From: a virus
Lineage: Duplodnaviria > Heunggongvirae > Uroviricota > Caudoviricetes
Length of the DNA stretch: 14,554 nt
Reading direction: 5' to 3' (one strand)
IMG/VR virus record: IMGVR_UViG_3300046810_000041
Span: 64,001-78,554 of that record
Shown here: positions 13,440-14,554 of the stretch, in pieces
Layout of the letters: each line of letters starts with the position of its first letter
Numbering within the stretch: the stretch's first letter is position 1
Made by a program: the position numbers and the translations under genes
The notes under the pieces: generated by a model
Told to the model about the DNA's origin: nothing
Databases searched by the model: none
The model's input: only the letters and a program-made list of their open reading frames with translations

Positions 13440-13943
13440 ATGATCACTACCAGCACCAAACGTAGCAGCACCTTCGCAATCAGCAGCTCGATCAAGTATG
13501 GTCTGATCGTTCTTCTGATCGGTATCGCAATCGCGATCGGCAAGAGCCCGGCCTTCTTCGGGATCATCGTAATCTCGGCAGCGTACTTCAGTTATGCCCT
13601 GATTGCTTCGGCAATTGTTTCAATAGTTGCATTGGTAACTGGCTTCTTTGCAAAGAAGGAAGCCGATACCGAAGTAGGTGAAGATCTGCGTCGCTACCAG
13701 CGTCAGCAGCAACGTGATGCAGAGTCGGTTAATCCGCAACCTGCACCACAAGCAGCACCGCGTCAAGGTCCACAACCAGCGTCCCAAGTGGATGAAGAAA
13801 TTCTGGTTGATACGGACCCTGTAGCGATGGCAGCAGCAGCCCTCTCGCATCTGTCACCTGAACAGATCATGGAGCTGGTAAGTAAGTTTACAGCTGGTCA
13901 ACAACCTTCAACTGGCGGGGCGAAGGGACGTGGCAAGCAGTAA
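13440..13943 (+). CDS. Membrane protein with Gln/Pro-rich disordered C-terminal region
   Basis: SD AAGGAG; hydrophobic residues about 19-70; then RRYQRQQQR and PQPAPQAAPRQGPQP low-complexity stretches. Confidence 0.75.
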   Translation: MITTSTKRSSTFAISSSIKYGLIVLLIGIAIAIGKSPAFFGIIVISAAYFSYALIASAIVSIVALVTGFFAKKEADTEVGEDLRRYQRQQQRDAESVNPQPAPQAAPRQGPQPASQVDEEILVDTDPVAMAAAALSHLSPEQIMELVSKFTAGQQPSTGGAKGRGKQ

Positions 13944-14472
13944 TCGTAATTCCGGAGCGCAAGCACCGTCTTGGTACGCCTTCACTGATGAGTCTACTCC
14001 TGCAGCGCCTCCGCCAAGGCCTAGGAGAAACACTCATCAGGAAGGTCGTCCGCCAAGACCACCGGAACAAAGGCGATCGCCTCCGCCACCTCCGCCGCCA
14101 CGGAGTGCAAGGAAGCCGATTGCAACGGTACGCATCCCTGCCTGGTATCTTGAGGATTCCCACAAGGACCGAAGGAAGGATGCAGCGCCTGTAGAAGCCG
14201 AAGGGCGAGTACGCTTGGGGAAGCACTACGTACATTCAGTTAGACGCTTTGAACTCTACGATATAGAGATCACAGAAGTCAAGAAGTACGCAGGTCATTA
14301 CTTCAACCCAACTCTCGTAAGAGGTGTAGTTGACTTAAGCAACAACTCCTTGACGAAGTTTTATATCGCCGAGTCAGATGTGCCTGAGTTAGAAGCCCTT
14401 ATAAGGAGCGGGGGTCGTAAAGATGATTACCTCGTTGGTGGTAAGAACCCTGAGTGGTATAAAAACTTGTAG
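13930..14472 (+). CDS. Hypothetical protein with Pro/Arg-rich N-terminus and beta-rich C-terminal domain
   Basis: GTG start overlapping the upstream gene by 14 nt (start uncertain); it is the longest ORF here and ends just before the terminal hairpin. Confidence 0.6.
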   Translation: MASSNRNSGAQAPSWYAFTDESTPAAPPPRPRRNTHQEGRPPRPPEQRRSPPPPPPPRSARKPIATVRIPAWYLEDSHKDRRKDAAPVEAEGRVRLGKHYVHSVRRFELYDIEITEVKKYAGHYFNPTLVRGVVDLSNNSLTKFYIAESDVPELEALIRSGGRKDDYLVGGKNPEWYKNL

Positions 14473-14476
14473 TACG

Positions 14477-14554
14477 GATGGTCCACGCAGCGCCCACAAA
14501 TTCCCTTCCAAGGGTCTTTGTGGGCGCTGCAATCATCTTTTTTTTTTTTTTTTT
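14477..14554 (+). terminator. Long hairpin plus T17 (terminator and/or genome-end structure)
   Basis: Perfect 14-bp IR GCAGCGCCCACAAA (14487-14500) / TTTGTGGGCGCTGC (14517-14530); inner CCCT/AGGG; outer GATGGT/ATCATC; T run at 14538-14554. Confidence 0.6.

Noticed and set aside
11408-14235. Minus-strand ORFs in the accessory region (11408-11674, 12487-12735, 12769-13434, 13620-13850, 13888-14235) and overlapping + ORFs (12436-12627, 13325-13567, 13988-14194)
   Set aside because: They fully overlap better-supported + strand genes that have SDs, and they show no recognisable motifs.
1-14554. tRNA or rRNA genes
   Set aside because: No cloverleaf with T-loop (GTTCRA) and D-loop signatures and no rRNA-like sequence was recognised in the intergenic regions.

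Overview
The window is the distal part of a tailed dsDNA phage (Caudoviricetes) genome; every credible gene is on the + strand. Bases 1-8983 are late tail genes: a 5'-truncated multi-Ig-domain tail protein, a small tail-associated protein, a GNAT-like protein, a conserved virion protein with a CBM-like insert, a 1408-aa tail fibre with heptad repeats and three knob-like domains, a Gly-rich protein, a DUF4376-like protein and a permuted papain-like peptidase. Bases 9065-10329 are a lysis cassette (two membrane proteins and a GH24 lysozyme) closed by an intrinsic terminator. Bases 10374-14472 look like an early/accessory region: a secreted SleB-like hydrolase and many small, mostly membrane, ORFs. 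This region carries a twice-repeated non-sigma70 promoter-like motif (TGCGG-N10-ATCTTATATGAAAG), a candidate ~100-nt sRNA, and three 46-nt intergenic double-hairpin elements whose stem changes preserve pairing. The window ends in a long hairpin followed by 17 T, possibly a genome terminus. Family names come from motif recognition by eye; no database search was run.
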